From the NCBI GenBank assembly GCA_951406725.2, contig OX597814.1, forward strand, positions 45,632,001 to 45,696,000: 64,000 nucleotides of DNA, written 5' to 3'. Below the pieces are notes generated by a model. It did not search any database. It saw nothing but the letters and a program-made list of their open reading frames with translations, and had not been told where the DNA came from. The DNA is from Octopus vulgaris (taxonomy: Eukaryota). Position numbers and translations under genes: made by a program. Shown piece by piece: positions 1 through 13,198 of this stretch (position 1 is its first letter; every line of letters starts with the position of its first letter).

Positions 1-16
1 TTGAGACACCTATAAA

Positions 17-59
17 GTATGTGTATGTATATATATATGTGTATGTATGTATGTGTATG

Positions 60-104
<45 letters not shown>

Positions 105-122
105 TGTGTGTGTGTGTATGTG
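17..122. repeat. Compound (TATG)n/(TA)n/(TG)n microsatellite
   Basis: Direct inspection. Confidence 0.95.
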
Positions 123-657
123 TTATGTTTGCTTATAGCAATGACAGATGTGTCTCTGTAAAACCAAATCTGCGACACGGTTCGATGCTCGGCTGCAGCT
201 ACTTCAGTTAGGATATGGTCACGACTAAGGTTAACTTAAAAGAAAATTATTTCAATTTAAAAATATATCGACCGGTTCACTACAGCAATAAATATATACC
301 TTCTATGGCAACAATTTTGAAGGGTTTGTACACCGCACTCATACAACAAATATACCGATGGAAATATGTACAATACGGCAAGTGTCTAGAGAATCATTAA
401 CCGGGTGTGTCTGACAGCAACTTATAGTGTTGAGAGAATGCAATCAAGCAGTAGGTTTCGCAGTAAAAACGTACTGTATTTTAAACTATTTCGTCTAAAT
501 ATATTTCTTACATATACAGACGAAGGACTAACATTCAGTCCATCAAACAAACAATTTACGCAACAATTACATACATATATTTTGGGTTATAATTTACACA
601 CCCAAATCTTCATTTTTGATAATCAAGTAAAGAATAACGATAAAAGGTCAGACTTAC

Positions 658-711
658 GGACATATAAAAGGAGAGAAAGCTTGGAATGTTATTAAAACCG
701 AAAGACAACAT
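658..711 (-). CDS. Possible first exon of an unidentified leftward gene
   Basis: ATG..MLSFGFNNIPSFLSFYMS|GTAAGT in a CpG-rich segment, with an ACGCATGCGT palindrome about 45 nt upstream; no homology recognised. Confidence 0.25.
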
Positions 712-1299
712 GCCGTAGCACGCTTAAATTTTGAATCTCAACAACAAACAAGTCTACGCATGCGTATTTGGTGACAGCATGCGAAGCACTGAATAGTTTC
801 GGTCCGGGTACTTTTCTAACGGGATCTTCACTAATTCTGTTCTTACCTAGAATGATAATTAGGAACCCGATACTTGACTAATATTTTATTTTATTGGTCC
901 TGGAAGTATAAAAGGGTAGAGTTCACATCGACAGGATTTGATTTCAGAATGCCAAGTGTCTAGTATTTAGTGACGATTCTACCTACCAAATGTATTCCCA
1001 TCCCACGTAATCCTCTTATATAATATTTTTTATCCATGCGCGGTTCGAAATAATGGGTATAATCGGAACAAGAATTAACTTTCACTTTAGCAATGGACAT
1101 ATCTCGCTCTATGGTCTTGTTCCAACTCGGGCTGCAGCAATAAAGTTCATCCGTCACACCTCTCGGTCCAACATCACTGCCTCTAGATCCTGGATATATT
1201 CCAGGTACACAGTGACCGGTTTGTCGCTGCCGTCTTTGCCTGATCTTCTCGCTAGATTTCGACAGGTTTCCATAAAAGCATTCGCTTGTCATATGTTAT

Positions 1300-1910
1300 T
1301 GCCATATGAACATATTTTGGTCTTATTAGACCTCCTCTGCGAAGTTGACAGCAGAGACGGACCCAAGTTGTGAGAGTGGGTGTTGAGGGGCATATGCCTC
1401 AAGAAAAGAAGTGCATCCTTCTAAATAATTACACCCTTTTCTCCTGAAATTGTATTCACTTCCGACCTTGTGCCCTCTCTTTGAAAAATTCCTGAGACAG
1501 CGCCTGCTAAGAGTGATATTCATAATCAGTAGTATCTCCACATTCCCTCTATTTCTATGTATATGGTGGAATAATAGCTTTGGTAGGAAGCCCGCCAAGT
1601 CCATTTCAGGACACCTACTCCACCATGGCTCCCACTTGGACCCAACATTCATCTGTAATTCCACAAATTATCTGCTTGCTTTAAACATCTTGGTTTATTT
1701 AAATCTCGCTGGCAAACTGCAACTAGCCTGGATCCTACTTCAACTGTTAAAAAACAGAGAAGACAGGAGATGGTACTCACACTAGGTACCTGCAATGTAG
1801 GTATCCATTTTTGACAACACTGAAATGAATAGAACTGCACTGATTACAAGAGAACTGTTTCTTTACAAGGCGGACATGGTAGCCTTCAGTGAAACATTCC
1901 TTACAAAAAA
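1300..1910 (+). mobile_element. Degenerate RTE LINE 5' fragment (APE endonuclease start)
   Basis: ~1775-1900 translates LTLGTCNV....NRTALITRELFLYKADMVAFSET, like the RTE N-terminal consensus LTIGTWNVRT..RTALVARELARY..DIAALSET. Confidence 0.6.
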
Positions 1911-4900
1911 AGGACTAGATGATGGTGTCTAGCAGTAGATACAAGTTGTTAGAGTGTTGAGGAGCATTTAAAGACTGTTAATGTCTGTCCTTCAGTCACA
2001 TTTTGTATGAAAACTTGCTTGTCTACCAGAAGGGCTCAAAGCTCAGCAGATGACTCCCACACTCCTGCCAGAAGGCAAGAATAGTGTCACCATTGATGTA
2101 TAGAAAGCATGAAGGACAAAACTGAACCCTGGAGTACACTAGAGTTGATTGTGGGCAGGACAGAAGAAGCTCAGTCAACATGCTTCAATGATGCAATCTG
2201 ACAGGTCCAAAGGATGAAAGATGAGTGGAGTTTATAGGCAGGAAGTTTTGATTGGAGAATTGCATACCAAACATGATTGAAAGCTTTGCTAAAGCCTTGG
2301 GCAACAATATTGCTTTTACCAAACTTCCTTCAAGTAAGAGCCCACTGAGTGACATAAGCAAGTTGGTTTCTTGTGGATCTGGATCTATGGAAGTCATATT
2401 ATTAGCTATTGAAGAGTGGGTGAGAAAAAGAGATATTTAAGGTGTTGGAGAACATCATTGTTAATGGCTGTCTACATTTATCTTAATAGCATAAGTAAAA
2501 CTACTGAAATATTGCATCAATCCTAAAAAATTCTAAAGTAATGTAGGAAGTTTACCATTTTTTTTATCAGTAAGCATTCTTGAAAAAGGTTTGAGAAGAC
2601 ATGTAAAGCTAAGTGAAATTGTGGCCATCCATACATATAGGCATGTCTTTCGTGGTTATAACCTCCCCCTTCCCATCACACATACACACATATGCACATA
2701 ATTTTGTCTTCTGGCAAAACTTACCCGCAACCATCTCTGCCACCCCACTCATTGCAGGCTCCTCCAGTTCCTCTCAACATCACTTGCTATCTCTAAATAT
2801 CTCCCTCACACTCCCCATATGGTACATCTCCTAATTTTTATGAGGTCTGAGTTCAGTGAATTTGAAAACATTAATTTGCTTTTCCAAAAACGAATGTTGG
2901 ATCACTATAGCATCTGAGCTGAAGTGTGAAGTTTTGCATTATCTATGCTTACAAGAAATTTAAATATACAATATATGATTCTTGAAATAAAAGGAAACTG
3001 AATCACAGTACCACACAAGCAGATCCCTGAGTCAGAGGGTTGTCACAGGAGTGGTGCAAAGGTTCCTCTGCTAAGAATAGGGAACTGCCAACAAATGGTG
3101 GATGTAGTGACATGCTGTTACAGCACATGCCCCCATACTACTACAACAGTACCCCTTACATGAAGAAAATTTACTTTAGATATGAATTCTCTAGCCATTC
3201 ATCCAGCAAAATTTCATTAAAAAAGATTCCCAACAACAAACACTACAAAGACTGTTTAAGTTGAGATGAGCATGCAAAGAACTTTTTAACCATGTACCTA
3301 TAAATATTGAAAGTCTTCAAAAGATTAAAAGTTTTCCTCCCAAGAGTTTGATTTAGTCATATTCACCCATCTTTTGTAGCTCTCTCTTTAGCTTTGGTTG
3401 ATCAATAATCGAAAATTGCAGAAATAGGGAACCAATAGTGCAAACTGTTTATACTTGTTTGGAAAAGTATATTTCCTGAAGGAATTCCTTTTGATGGGTT
3501 AGGAACACTTAAAGATGCAGCTGGTGTATCTAGATTGTCAAGTTTGTAAGAAGATGCATTAATTATTTAGTGTGTCGTGAAAATAATAATATAGTTGAAA
3601 GAGTGTTTTCATGGGTAACCTCCTCCAAAATTACACTGGATCGGATCTATTTTTATCAATTTTAAGACTAAAAATAAAACTCAAACAAAACATTTGTTGC
3701 TGATATTTAAACCCCTAGTAAAGCTACATGCTTCAAGCATCTACATCTAAATGAAGAAATTAGGGAAGAGAAGAATTGAATTCTTGATGCCTTGAAGTTT
3801 TAAATTTTAAAGGTAAAAATCCTATTGAATATCATGTTTAATTATCAACAAAGAAAATTAGAATTGACTAGCAGGCTATCATCATCAACATCATTGTCAT
3901 TTAACATTTTTTTTTCTGTGCTGGTATGGGTTGAATGGTTTGATATGAACTGATGAGCCTGGGGGCTGCTCTAAGCTCAGTATCTGCTTTGGGATAGTTC
4001 CTTTCTAATGCCAACCTCTTCACAGAGTACTGGGTGCTTTTCTTATTGCCCCAAAACTAGTGAGGTCATCAAGTACTTTCAAAGCAAGATCCCCTCAACT
4101 GTAGGGTACAGTATTGAAGGATATAAAAGTATAATAGAGGAACAGAAGAAAGTGTTTTGCTGAAAAAGTAAATACATGGCTTCCCCATTTGGAAAGTACA
4201 AGGCAAATATATGGGAAAGAAAAGGGATAGAGGAACAGAAAATGTGGGAGGGAAGATGGGTTTGAAAAATCGAATTTGTGAATTTTTTAAAAATTTGTAA
4301 TTTCCACTGTTTAATATATGGAAATCCAAAAGAACTTTCTAAAAAAGTAAAAGAGTTTTCATATATGGTGGAGCATGTGGGTAATAATTTTAAAAAATTT
4401 ACTTTCAAATTGTTTGTTTGGGGTTATTTTCCAACATGGTCTTCCTTTTGAAAATATGGGGCTACTTATTTTTTATTTAATTGATTTGACAGCCCCGAAA
4501 CAGATACACTCCCTAGACTCAATTCTTGAGTGAACTGTTTGAATGAACACTCCTTGTTTTCTGGCAGCCTTCCAGAATTCTCAGTCGACCAGTATTCTCA
4601 AATAAACATCAATTTAAAGAAAACATGAGACAGAGTAAGAGCAGTTTGTATGTATTTGTTCTATTTTAAAAAGTGGGTTGTTGATGAAGATAGAATGTGA
4701 GTTCCCAGTAAGTCATTTGTATGACCTACTTTCAATAATTGTTTGTACTATTTCACATAATTACTTTGGCTAGTGCCTCTAGAAGAAAAGATTAACTTAT
4801 GTTTTCCCTTCGTTACAAAATTTAAAGTTTATTTATATTTGGAAGAAAGCCAGGAAATCTTTCCAGTATACATTTGTAAGGAATACTAAGAAATTTATAG

Positions 4901-5829
4901 ACCAATGAGGGGAACCTGCACTGCAAATGGTCTTCAATCTACTAGAAATAGCAACCAAATTTTGCTCAAATTGCACCTCACCTCTTAGAAAAGGATATCT
5001 TGGTAGTGCACAAGTTTCAGTTATCTAATTTTTTAAAAAACTTTCCTTAGTACATAACATCTATCTAAAATCTTAAAATTACAATACAACTGTATGGCTT
5101 GTCATAAAAAGGAACTCTTCTGACGCTCCTAAGTGCTGCCATTTCTTCACTCCTAACATCTACAACATGAAGGAAACATTCTTCATCAACCATAATTTAC
5201 AAATATTTTCCTTCAGCAGCATCAATAGTTCAAATGGAAAAAATAGAAAAATAAATTTTCTCCAAATTGCTTCTAGCTTTAGAAATCTATAGCAAAACTC
5301 AGTATGTAGCTTCTGTCAAACAATGACATGAAAATCAAACCAAACTCCTTTCATAGACTCATACCAAGTTATAAAGAGCTAAAGCTTTCTTCTGAGCTAT
5401 ACACTAAGTGAATGAGATATTTCACTATCTACAACATTAAATCAAATGTTGCCACTGATTTATCAGTCACTGCTAATTTAATTTCTAATGATGTAGCTGA
5501 TGCAAACCTCCAACCCTATATTTTTAGTCCAACACTAAATCCACAGCTAATAGTAACAGCTTTAACTATGTATATTCATTACAAAGATACATTACATTAT
5601 AAGGCCAAAATGCATGTAGGCACTTAGATTTTCTCTCAAGAATCAAATATACAATACTAACAACTGTGATTTACCAGAGGAAATAGCACAGCATAAAATC
5701 ACCAACATCCTTAACTACATTTAGAAGAAAGCTATCTACATTCCTATTTCAGTGCTCATAACTTTTAAAGGCCTTCCTACACTGGTATCTGCATGAAAAG
5801 TGAAGAAGATAAGGTTTGGTTAATGAGAC

Positions 5830-6760
5830 ACACCATGTATATAAAAAGAAGAAACAGGTGTATTAAATGGAAAGGGTTTGCAACTAGTTCATTCAGAGGA
5901 GCAGTGATGGTTGTAGTAATGATAAAGGAGACCAAGAAGCAGCACATATATGAACCAGTGATTGTTGATTCTTTGCCAAGCAATCAAGAGAGCTTACTTT
6001 TGGATGCAGTCTAGGATATCTCTGTACATAGTATCAACACTGACCAACATACATGAGAAGTCCTATGATGTGGATCTTCAACTTCCATAGCCCTGGAAGA
6101 GGAATCCTAGTCTTTGAGATTCACTTGTAGTGATATATGTTTAGATGTCAACTGTGTATAAAGTGGTTGAGAAGGAGAGAAGAGGGATTCATCTGCGTAG
6201 GAAAGTATTTTTGAGAGAAAAGAGCAAATAAAGTGTTAATATACAAAAGGAAGATACAACCAGACCTTGCAGAATACCAGGATTGGCAGAATGTGGATTG
6301 GAGAAGCTTCTGATCTAAGAATGAGAAATAGATGGAGCCCATAAGTAAGCAGCTTAGAAGTTCACATTCAAGACACAGTCAAAAGCTTTGCTGATGGCAG
6401 GAGCAATTATATCATTTTCAGCAAACTTTTCTTGCTTAGAATGTCTTCATGTTACTGAAGTATTACTTTTTAACATCGACTCTCTGTTTAGAGACAGAGG
6501 AGAGCAGTTTTAGACCACAAGAAGGAGAAACCCTCAAGATGATTCTTAACTTTTTCTACTACCTTTGAGATGTTGGAGCTGAGAGTAACTATATGGTAAT
6601 TGTCAGGGGAGGAGGAGTTGCTCTCCTTGGAGATGTGACACTGTAGCAGATTTACAATGACTAGGGTAGATCTCTGTAAAGAATGATTAAAGAGTTTCGC
6701 AAGTTCTGAAGTGATGGAAAGGATACAATCTGCAACATTGACCTGGCTGAATTGGAGCAA
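5830..6760 (-). mobile_element. Degenerate CR1/L2-like LINE RT fragment
   Basis: PDNYHIVTLSSNISKVVEK resembles the RT domain-1 NYRPISLL..ISKVFE; many stops. Confidence 0.55.
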
Positions 6761-8094
6761 TCAAAAGTTTTCTTTTTTCTTTTTTTTTTGCAACTGTGAT
6801 TGGTGGGATAGAGGAATGTTTGGAATGAGTTTTGTGTGTATGCAGTTTTAAGATCATAGCAAGCAAAAAATGTTTACTTCATACTGCAGAGTTCAGATGT
6901 GATTAGTAGTATTCCTCAATACTAATTTGACACCTCTTGGTACCTTACTAGAAGGACCAGATATAAATTGAGAGCTGAGATAATTTGGAAGTTGTACAGT
7001 GCAGAAAAGGGTCCTTTGTATTTCATTAAAAAAAAAGTTTAAATTAAAATTATAAGTCTAATTTCTAAGATGTGTCATTTTATTACATTTTAAAATTAGT
7101 TCTTTGTTTCTACCAACACTCATATATTTGTTGGTTACCTTCAGTATTCAGGTTAAAAACTGGGCCTTTGAAAATAATAACTATTAACATAAGGTCACAT
7201 ATTCTGATATTGCATGAACTTTCTGCATGACTTAACAAAAAAATTATCCACCTTTCTGTGCCTGAGGAGATTTTCTATGTTATAAAATATGTGACATTCA
7301 AGTTTTCAAACTTTTCATGTTATATGAAAAATATAACATTAGAATTCATCTGAATAATATTGTAATAACTTCCTTTTATTGGAGATTAATTGCAGGAGTC
7401 AAACTACTATTAAAAGAACAAGTCAAAATACTATTACAAATTTTAGCCTACAACTACAAATTGCCAATTCATCTAAATGATTATATTATTTAATAAGCAA
7501 CACAAACACGTTATCATTAAATTAGCATGTTTGGTGAATATATACGCTTAAAGGTCATGCAAAAAACATAAAACAAAATTTGGTTTATTTGAGTTTATAC
7601 AATAAATAAAATGAGCCAAGGGGAGTAATTTAAATGAGTCAAAGGCATGAATTATTGAAGGCATGAAGTAACAAATGCAATATGCAAAAAATTCTAAAAT
7701 GGAATTTCTCTCATTGATGGGAGAAAGAAAAGAAAATGTAGCAGTAATTGTCAGTGGCTTTCAAAGAAAAGACCATTTCTGTGGTGTGTGTGTCTGCATA
7801 TACATGATGGTTTATGAATATATATCATCATCATCCTCAACATCTACCTTCTATGCTGGCAATTGTCTGGTGGTTTGACAGGAGCTGGTCGGGCAGAAGA
7901 CTGCACCAGGTAGTAAAGTACATTCACTGGCTCAGTGTTCATTAGGTAATCGATTAATGAGAGAGATGGGAAATATGAGAATCTTTATTGATCACTGCAA
8001 TTGTTTTGACCCATCTAGCATTGATCACTTGCAGGTGGGATACTGAATGTCTGGTTTAGTTGTATCCATCAGTGAAGATGTGTCCTCCTCAGGT

Positions 8095-9526
8095 GAAAAC
8101 AAGGTTTAGAATCGAAGGGCTATAGAGACAATATTGCAATAACCAAAGTCCAAGTAAGTAGGAAGGCAAACAAATCAGGTAAATGACCCTGTTCAATCTG
8201 TAGAAAAGGTGTAGGTAGAAACACCATAAAATGTACCCAGTGTAAGCTATGGACACATGAGAGGTGCAACAACATCAAAGGAAGGCTAACTGGAATGAGA
8301 GCTTTTGTGTGCGGCAGATGCACAGGTGCAATAAACACTGAAGATGCTCAGAAAACAGATTCCATCACATGCCAGAGGGAGAAACTAGATATAGTTGATA
8401 GCTTCTACTACCTAGATGACCAAGTCTGTAGTGGGGGTGGATGCTCTGAGAGCGTTGCTACTAGAATAAGAATAGCCTAGGCAAAGTTCAGAAAGCTCCT
8501 ACCTCTGCTGGTGACAAAGGGCCTCTCGCTCAGAGTGAAAGGTAGACTGTATGATGCATGTGTGCATACTGCCATGCTACACGGCAGTGAAACATGGGCC
8601 ATGACTGTTGAGGACATACGTAGGCTTGAAAGAAATGAAGCTAGTGTGATCTGGTGGATGTGTAATGTCAGTGTGCACACACGACAGAGCATAAGCGCCC
8701 TGAGAGAAATGTTGGAGATAGGAAGCATTAGATGTGGTGCGCAAGAGAGACGGCTGTGCTGTATGGTCATGTTCTGCATATGGATGAGGAGAGCTGTGTG
8801 AAGTGTCACTCCCTAACAGTGGAAGGAGACCCAGGAAGACATGGGATGAGGTGGTGAAGCATAACCTTTGAATGTTGGGCCTCACAGAGGGAATGAGAAG
8901 ACCGAAACCTCTGGAGGTATGCTGTGATTGAGAAGACCTGGCAAGTAAAGTGAGATCACAGCTGTAGCCTTTACCAGTATTACATAATCAGCCCATTTAA
9001 AAAGTACCTTTGAATCATTGGGCAACACACCATGCTTGAGAAAACCTATTGAGTCAAGTAAAATAAAAAATCAAAATCACAATTATACCAAAATGGAAAT
9101 TGTAGTTGTGGCCAATGCCAGTGTCACCTGACTAGCTCCCGTGCTGGTGGAACACAATAAGCACTATTCATGTGTAGGTTGTTTTTGCCAGTGCTGCCTG
9201 ACTGGCTACCCATGCAGGTGGTATATAAAAAGCACCATCCGAACATGGTCGATGCCAGCCCCAACTGGCTCCTGTGCTGGTAGAATATGAAAAGCACCAT
9301 TCGAATGGGCTGATGCCAGTGCTGCCTGACTGGCTCCTATGCTGGTGGTACATAAAAAGCACCCACTACACTCTCGGAGTAGTTGGCATTAGGAAGGGCA
9401 TCCAGCTGTAGAAACCTTGCCAGATCATATTCGAGCCTGGTGCAGCCTCCTGGCTTGCCAGTCTCCAGTCAAACTGTCCAACTCATGCCAGCATGGAAAA
9501 CAGATGTTAAACAATGATGATGATGA
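8095..9526 (+). mobile_element. 5'-truncated RTE-clade LINE
   Basis: RT C-terminus (KLDIVDSFYYL, KGRLYDACVHTAMLHGSETWA, ERRL), PHD-like finger, 3' UTR repeat array, (GAT)n tail. Confidence 0.88.
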
Positions 9527-10430
9527 CATTCTGAGTTTGAATCCTCTGAGGGCCTAGTTTGCTTTCATTTTATCTGGCACTGAAAGAATAGATACTAACT
9601 AAATACTGAGGTTGATTCACATATCAGAGATGAATGTTGAGTGATAATTGAAAAGTCAACATTTTAGCCATTTAGCTGAAGTAATTCATCAGTCTTACCT
9701 GAAAGAAATATCATAGAAGTGAGATAAAATTAAGTGAAAACTAATACAGTTGATAATTCTTTATCTAAAAACCTCTGAAATCTGAATTTTTCAGGAAGTG
9801 GATGATCTCAACAAATGGAAAATTCCATAAAGTGCTTGGAATTTTATTTCTACTTAATTGTTTTTTTAAAGAATTTTTAGTCGTTGAGTTTGACACTTGT
9901 TTCAGCAATCTTGTAGTATGATATTTCATTCACTTTCCTAAAGTAGTTTACAGATGGATTTGTTGTTCCATAATGTGAAAGTAAATTTGGTGTAAATTAC
10001 ATGTGAATCTGTTGGTGGTTGAGCATTTGGCCACAAATACTCCTAGCTATACATGAACAATATTAATTTCTTTAAAATTATAATTGCTTTCACAATGTTG
10101 TCTTCATTTGTTCAAAACTATTATAATTGATATAATTTGTTTGTAAACTAATGGAAAACTCTTCATTAAGTCACTAATCTAATAGTGTCCATCTTTCTTA
10201 TAAATATTTAAGAAAAATAGTGGGGAGGGGGTGACTTGATCTTTACTATTTGTTTTTGTCGACTGAGCAACTGCATCTTTTTAACTTTTGTGAACTAATA
10301 TCAAACATTGGAAAATATGTTTCATAAAATTTTTATGATTTCACAAATTTTTAAAGTGTTATTTCTCTATTCATTTCAATCTTATAAATATAAAAATGTT
10401 ATTTCAAAAACAAGAAAGGAGACTTCATTC

Positions 10431-10845
10431 AATAATAATAATAATAATGAAATTATTGTATAGTGCTCAGGTGCACCACAACTTGTCAGAAAGTGCGTAT
10501 AAAGTGTATGCAGTAATGTACGAATGTCTGGAAAGCGAACAATGTATGAGTCAGATACATGCTTGTGTGTGTACGGAGGGGAGAAAATCAGGTGTAGTGT
10601 TGGCGAATCTCAAAAAGCATGGAAGTTTTGAAGGATGCAGTGCTCCGACAACTAATAACTGATGCCGGCAGTTTGTTCCATGCTTCAGCAACTCTCAGCA
10701 TGAAAAAATGTTTCTGAAAGTCATGGGAGCTGTGCTGTTTTCTGACTTTGTAAATATGTCCACGGGTGTTAGATGGGTGGAATTTGAAAAGGTGCTCAGA
10801 GTTATTGTTTGTAAGATGGTTAATAATTTTATGGGTGTCTGCCAC
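10431..10845 (-). mobile_element. CR1-like LINE 3' end
   Basis: NTRGHIYKV..FFMLRVAEAWNKLPASVI...ASFK typical of the CR1 ORF2 end; (ATT)n tail. Confidence 0.8.
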
Positions 10846-11193
10846 TGCTTATTTGAAAAAGTTTAAAAAAAAGTGTGTGTGTGTGTGTGTGGTGATGTTA
10901 TAGTTGGGCATAAAATGCAAGTGTAAAGTGTTGTAAGTAGTTGATAAAACTGAAGTGAAAGTGTAACGTAGGTAGACTTGTTTTGATGGAAAGCTAAATG
11001 TTCCCAAAGTGAAGCTGTTATATGTTGTACAAAACAGGGGGTACCTTAGACAAGTGTCTTTTACTATAGCTCTGGACCAACCAATTCCTTATGAATTTGG
11101 TAAATGGGAACTGTATGGAAGCCCATTGTATGACAACTAGTGTTGATTTATACAAATCTATATTTCTGAGATGAGGAATTGATATTATGTATA

Positions 11194-11398
11194 CAGTAAT
11201 TCCTCGACTATCACGTGTGTTATGTTCCAAAACCCTCTACGATAGGTGAAAATCCACGAAGTAAAAACAGTACTGTACTGTATATTTAAAAAATTATTTT
11301 CATAATTTCTATATAATTATTTTATTATAAAAGCAAAACATCACAGAGAAATTGACGTAAGCTTAAATAATAAACCATGATATGCCATGGGATTACTG
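11194..11398. mobile_element. Tigger/pogo-like MITE
   Basis: TA|CAGTAATTCCTCG...GGGATTACTG|TA terminal inverted repeats with TA target duplication. Confidence 0.7.
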
Positions 11399-12084
11399 TA
11401 TTGTTTATATTAGTTAGATGGGTGTACTCATCTTGAGTGTTGCTTTCACATTTTGGCTGTTGTACACTCCAGCCTTCTTCAGTGTCTTGTGTTAACCTTA
11501 TTTGTATTGGAATTTCAAAGTTAACCCTTTACATGAGCACACTATTCTCATTCCACTCTTTGCATTTCATAACATTTTTTGCTTCAGTTGATTTGTGAAT
11601 TACCTTACTGCCTTGCCTGGGATTGAACTTAGAACCTTTAGGTGACTGCATTGCATTAACCAACATCTTTATCTACTACTCTATAGCATAGCATGTTGAT
11701 AGAATAAGTACTACTCATAAAAAAAGTGCTGGCAGTCAATTTGTTAGACTAAAACCCTTCATGGTGCTTTAGTATGGCTGCAGTCCAATGATTAAAACAA
11801 GTAAAAGATAAAACCAAATTTATAAAACTACCTTTTCAATACACACACACACATACATGCTGTATTTAGAAATGGTAATGGATAACATGTTTAGACTTGG
11901 ATCTCATTCTTAAGCTAACACATTTTATAGATACAAATATTCAAACATTCAAAAAACTCAAAATACTTTCAATCCCAAGATTTCTGATAAAAGATTATCA
12001 ACTCTGATTTGAAAAGTCTGATATAACTTTAATTTCCTTTGTATTACAAATAAATAAACAAAAACAAAATTTGTGGCAGACGTT

Positions 12085-12160
12085 TTTATTTTCTGTAAAC
12101 TAAACTGACATGAAGTATGCATGGTAGGTTAAAGTCCAACCAACTTTATTTTTTTTTATT
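12085..12160 (-). terminator. Candidate CYC1 polyadenylation signals
   Basis: AATAAA on the minus strand at 12155-12160, 12145-12150 and 12085-12090, 105-180 nt past the stop. Confidence 0.5.
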
Positions 12161-12265
12161 ATCAGTTTCTTTTTTGTTAACTAAACAAGTAACATAGATT
12201 GGAGAGATCTCCAAATGCAGTTACCCGTACAGATAAAGTCTTCATTGAACTAAAACAGACAATTA

Positions 12266-12367
12266 TTACCGAGGTTTGAAAGCAATTTTTCGGCTCTTCA
12301 ACACAGACCACTTATGTCGTTTATAATAGAAACTCACAGAAATCAGAAGGCCAAATATAACAGCAGC
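12266..12367 (-). CDS. CYC1: Cytochrome c1 exon 8 (TM anchor, stop)
   Basis: AAVIFGLLISVSFYYKRHKWSVLKSRKIAFKPR* TAA; KRHKWSVLKSRK is the conserved c1 C-terminus. Spliced CDS totals 909 nt. Confidence 0.97.
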   Translation of the reverse strand, partial: AAVIFGLLISVSFYYKRHKWSVLKSRKIAFKPR

Positions 12368-13097
12368 CTGAAAAAGATAAAGAAGAGAATTATATCAATT
12401 ATTACTCTTTCTTGCTAAACACCACATTTTTTAACAAAGTCTTTTCCTCTTTCTGACATCATTATCATTGCTTAACACCTGTTTTTCCATGCTGGCATGG
12501 GCTGGATGTTTAACAGGAACTGACTAACCAGAAGATTGTGCCAAGCTCTGTATAGACAAAAAATCTGATCATATAAGGTTAGCACAGATACTACTACTAT
12601 AAAAGAAGGTTGGCTCCTTCCCCACAAGGTTAATTAAAAAATAAACAGCATTGGAGGGAGGAACATGTTACAAGAGTTAGTTTCTGTATGAGATAGAAGG
12701 AATGAACTGCAGCTCATTCTTTGTTATTCAGTTTCTTTGTTACATTAAGTATGAGTTTACTTTGCAAAGAATGATAAAACATAAAAAAAAGTCTTTAGTA
12801 GATGTGATGGCCAGTTTCAGTCAACCTCAAAACTAAAAGTGAGATTTTCTTTATATTTGTTTTAAATTAATTGACAAACAGTCTTATTGTTTTAGAGACA
12901 AATTATGGATTAACATAGACAAGAATATCAGCATAAACACTTTACTATTTTGATTCTATGTAACAAATGCTTTGCACTTCATCATATTTCCAAAACATTT
13001 TCAAATATTATTCTGATTTCATACATGAAAAATTTAATGCATTAGAGAAAAAAAGCCAAGACATTGTCAAGAAGGGCAACAACAACAATAATCTTAC

Positions 13098-13198
13098 CTT
13101 CATAGCCATCTTTTTACGAGTATCGTGCTCTGGCTCTGCAGCCCATTTTAAGAAAGTAGTCACATCCATAGCCAACTGGCTTTGTGTAGCTGGTGTTC
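13098..13198 (-). CDS. CYC1: Cytochrome c1 exon 7
   Basis: (G)TPATQSQLAMDVTTFLKWAAEPEHDTRKKMAMK; AG/GT sites in phase. Confidence 0.97.

Noticed and set aside
960-1785. Overlapping 106-112 aa ORFs as genes
   Set aside because: No recognisable domains; they partly overlap a decayed RTE 5' region.
9110-9365. Repeat-spacer pattern resembling CRISPR
   Set aside because: The apparent spacers are homologous to one another, and the array is part of a LINE 3' UTR found in several copies.
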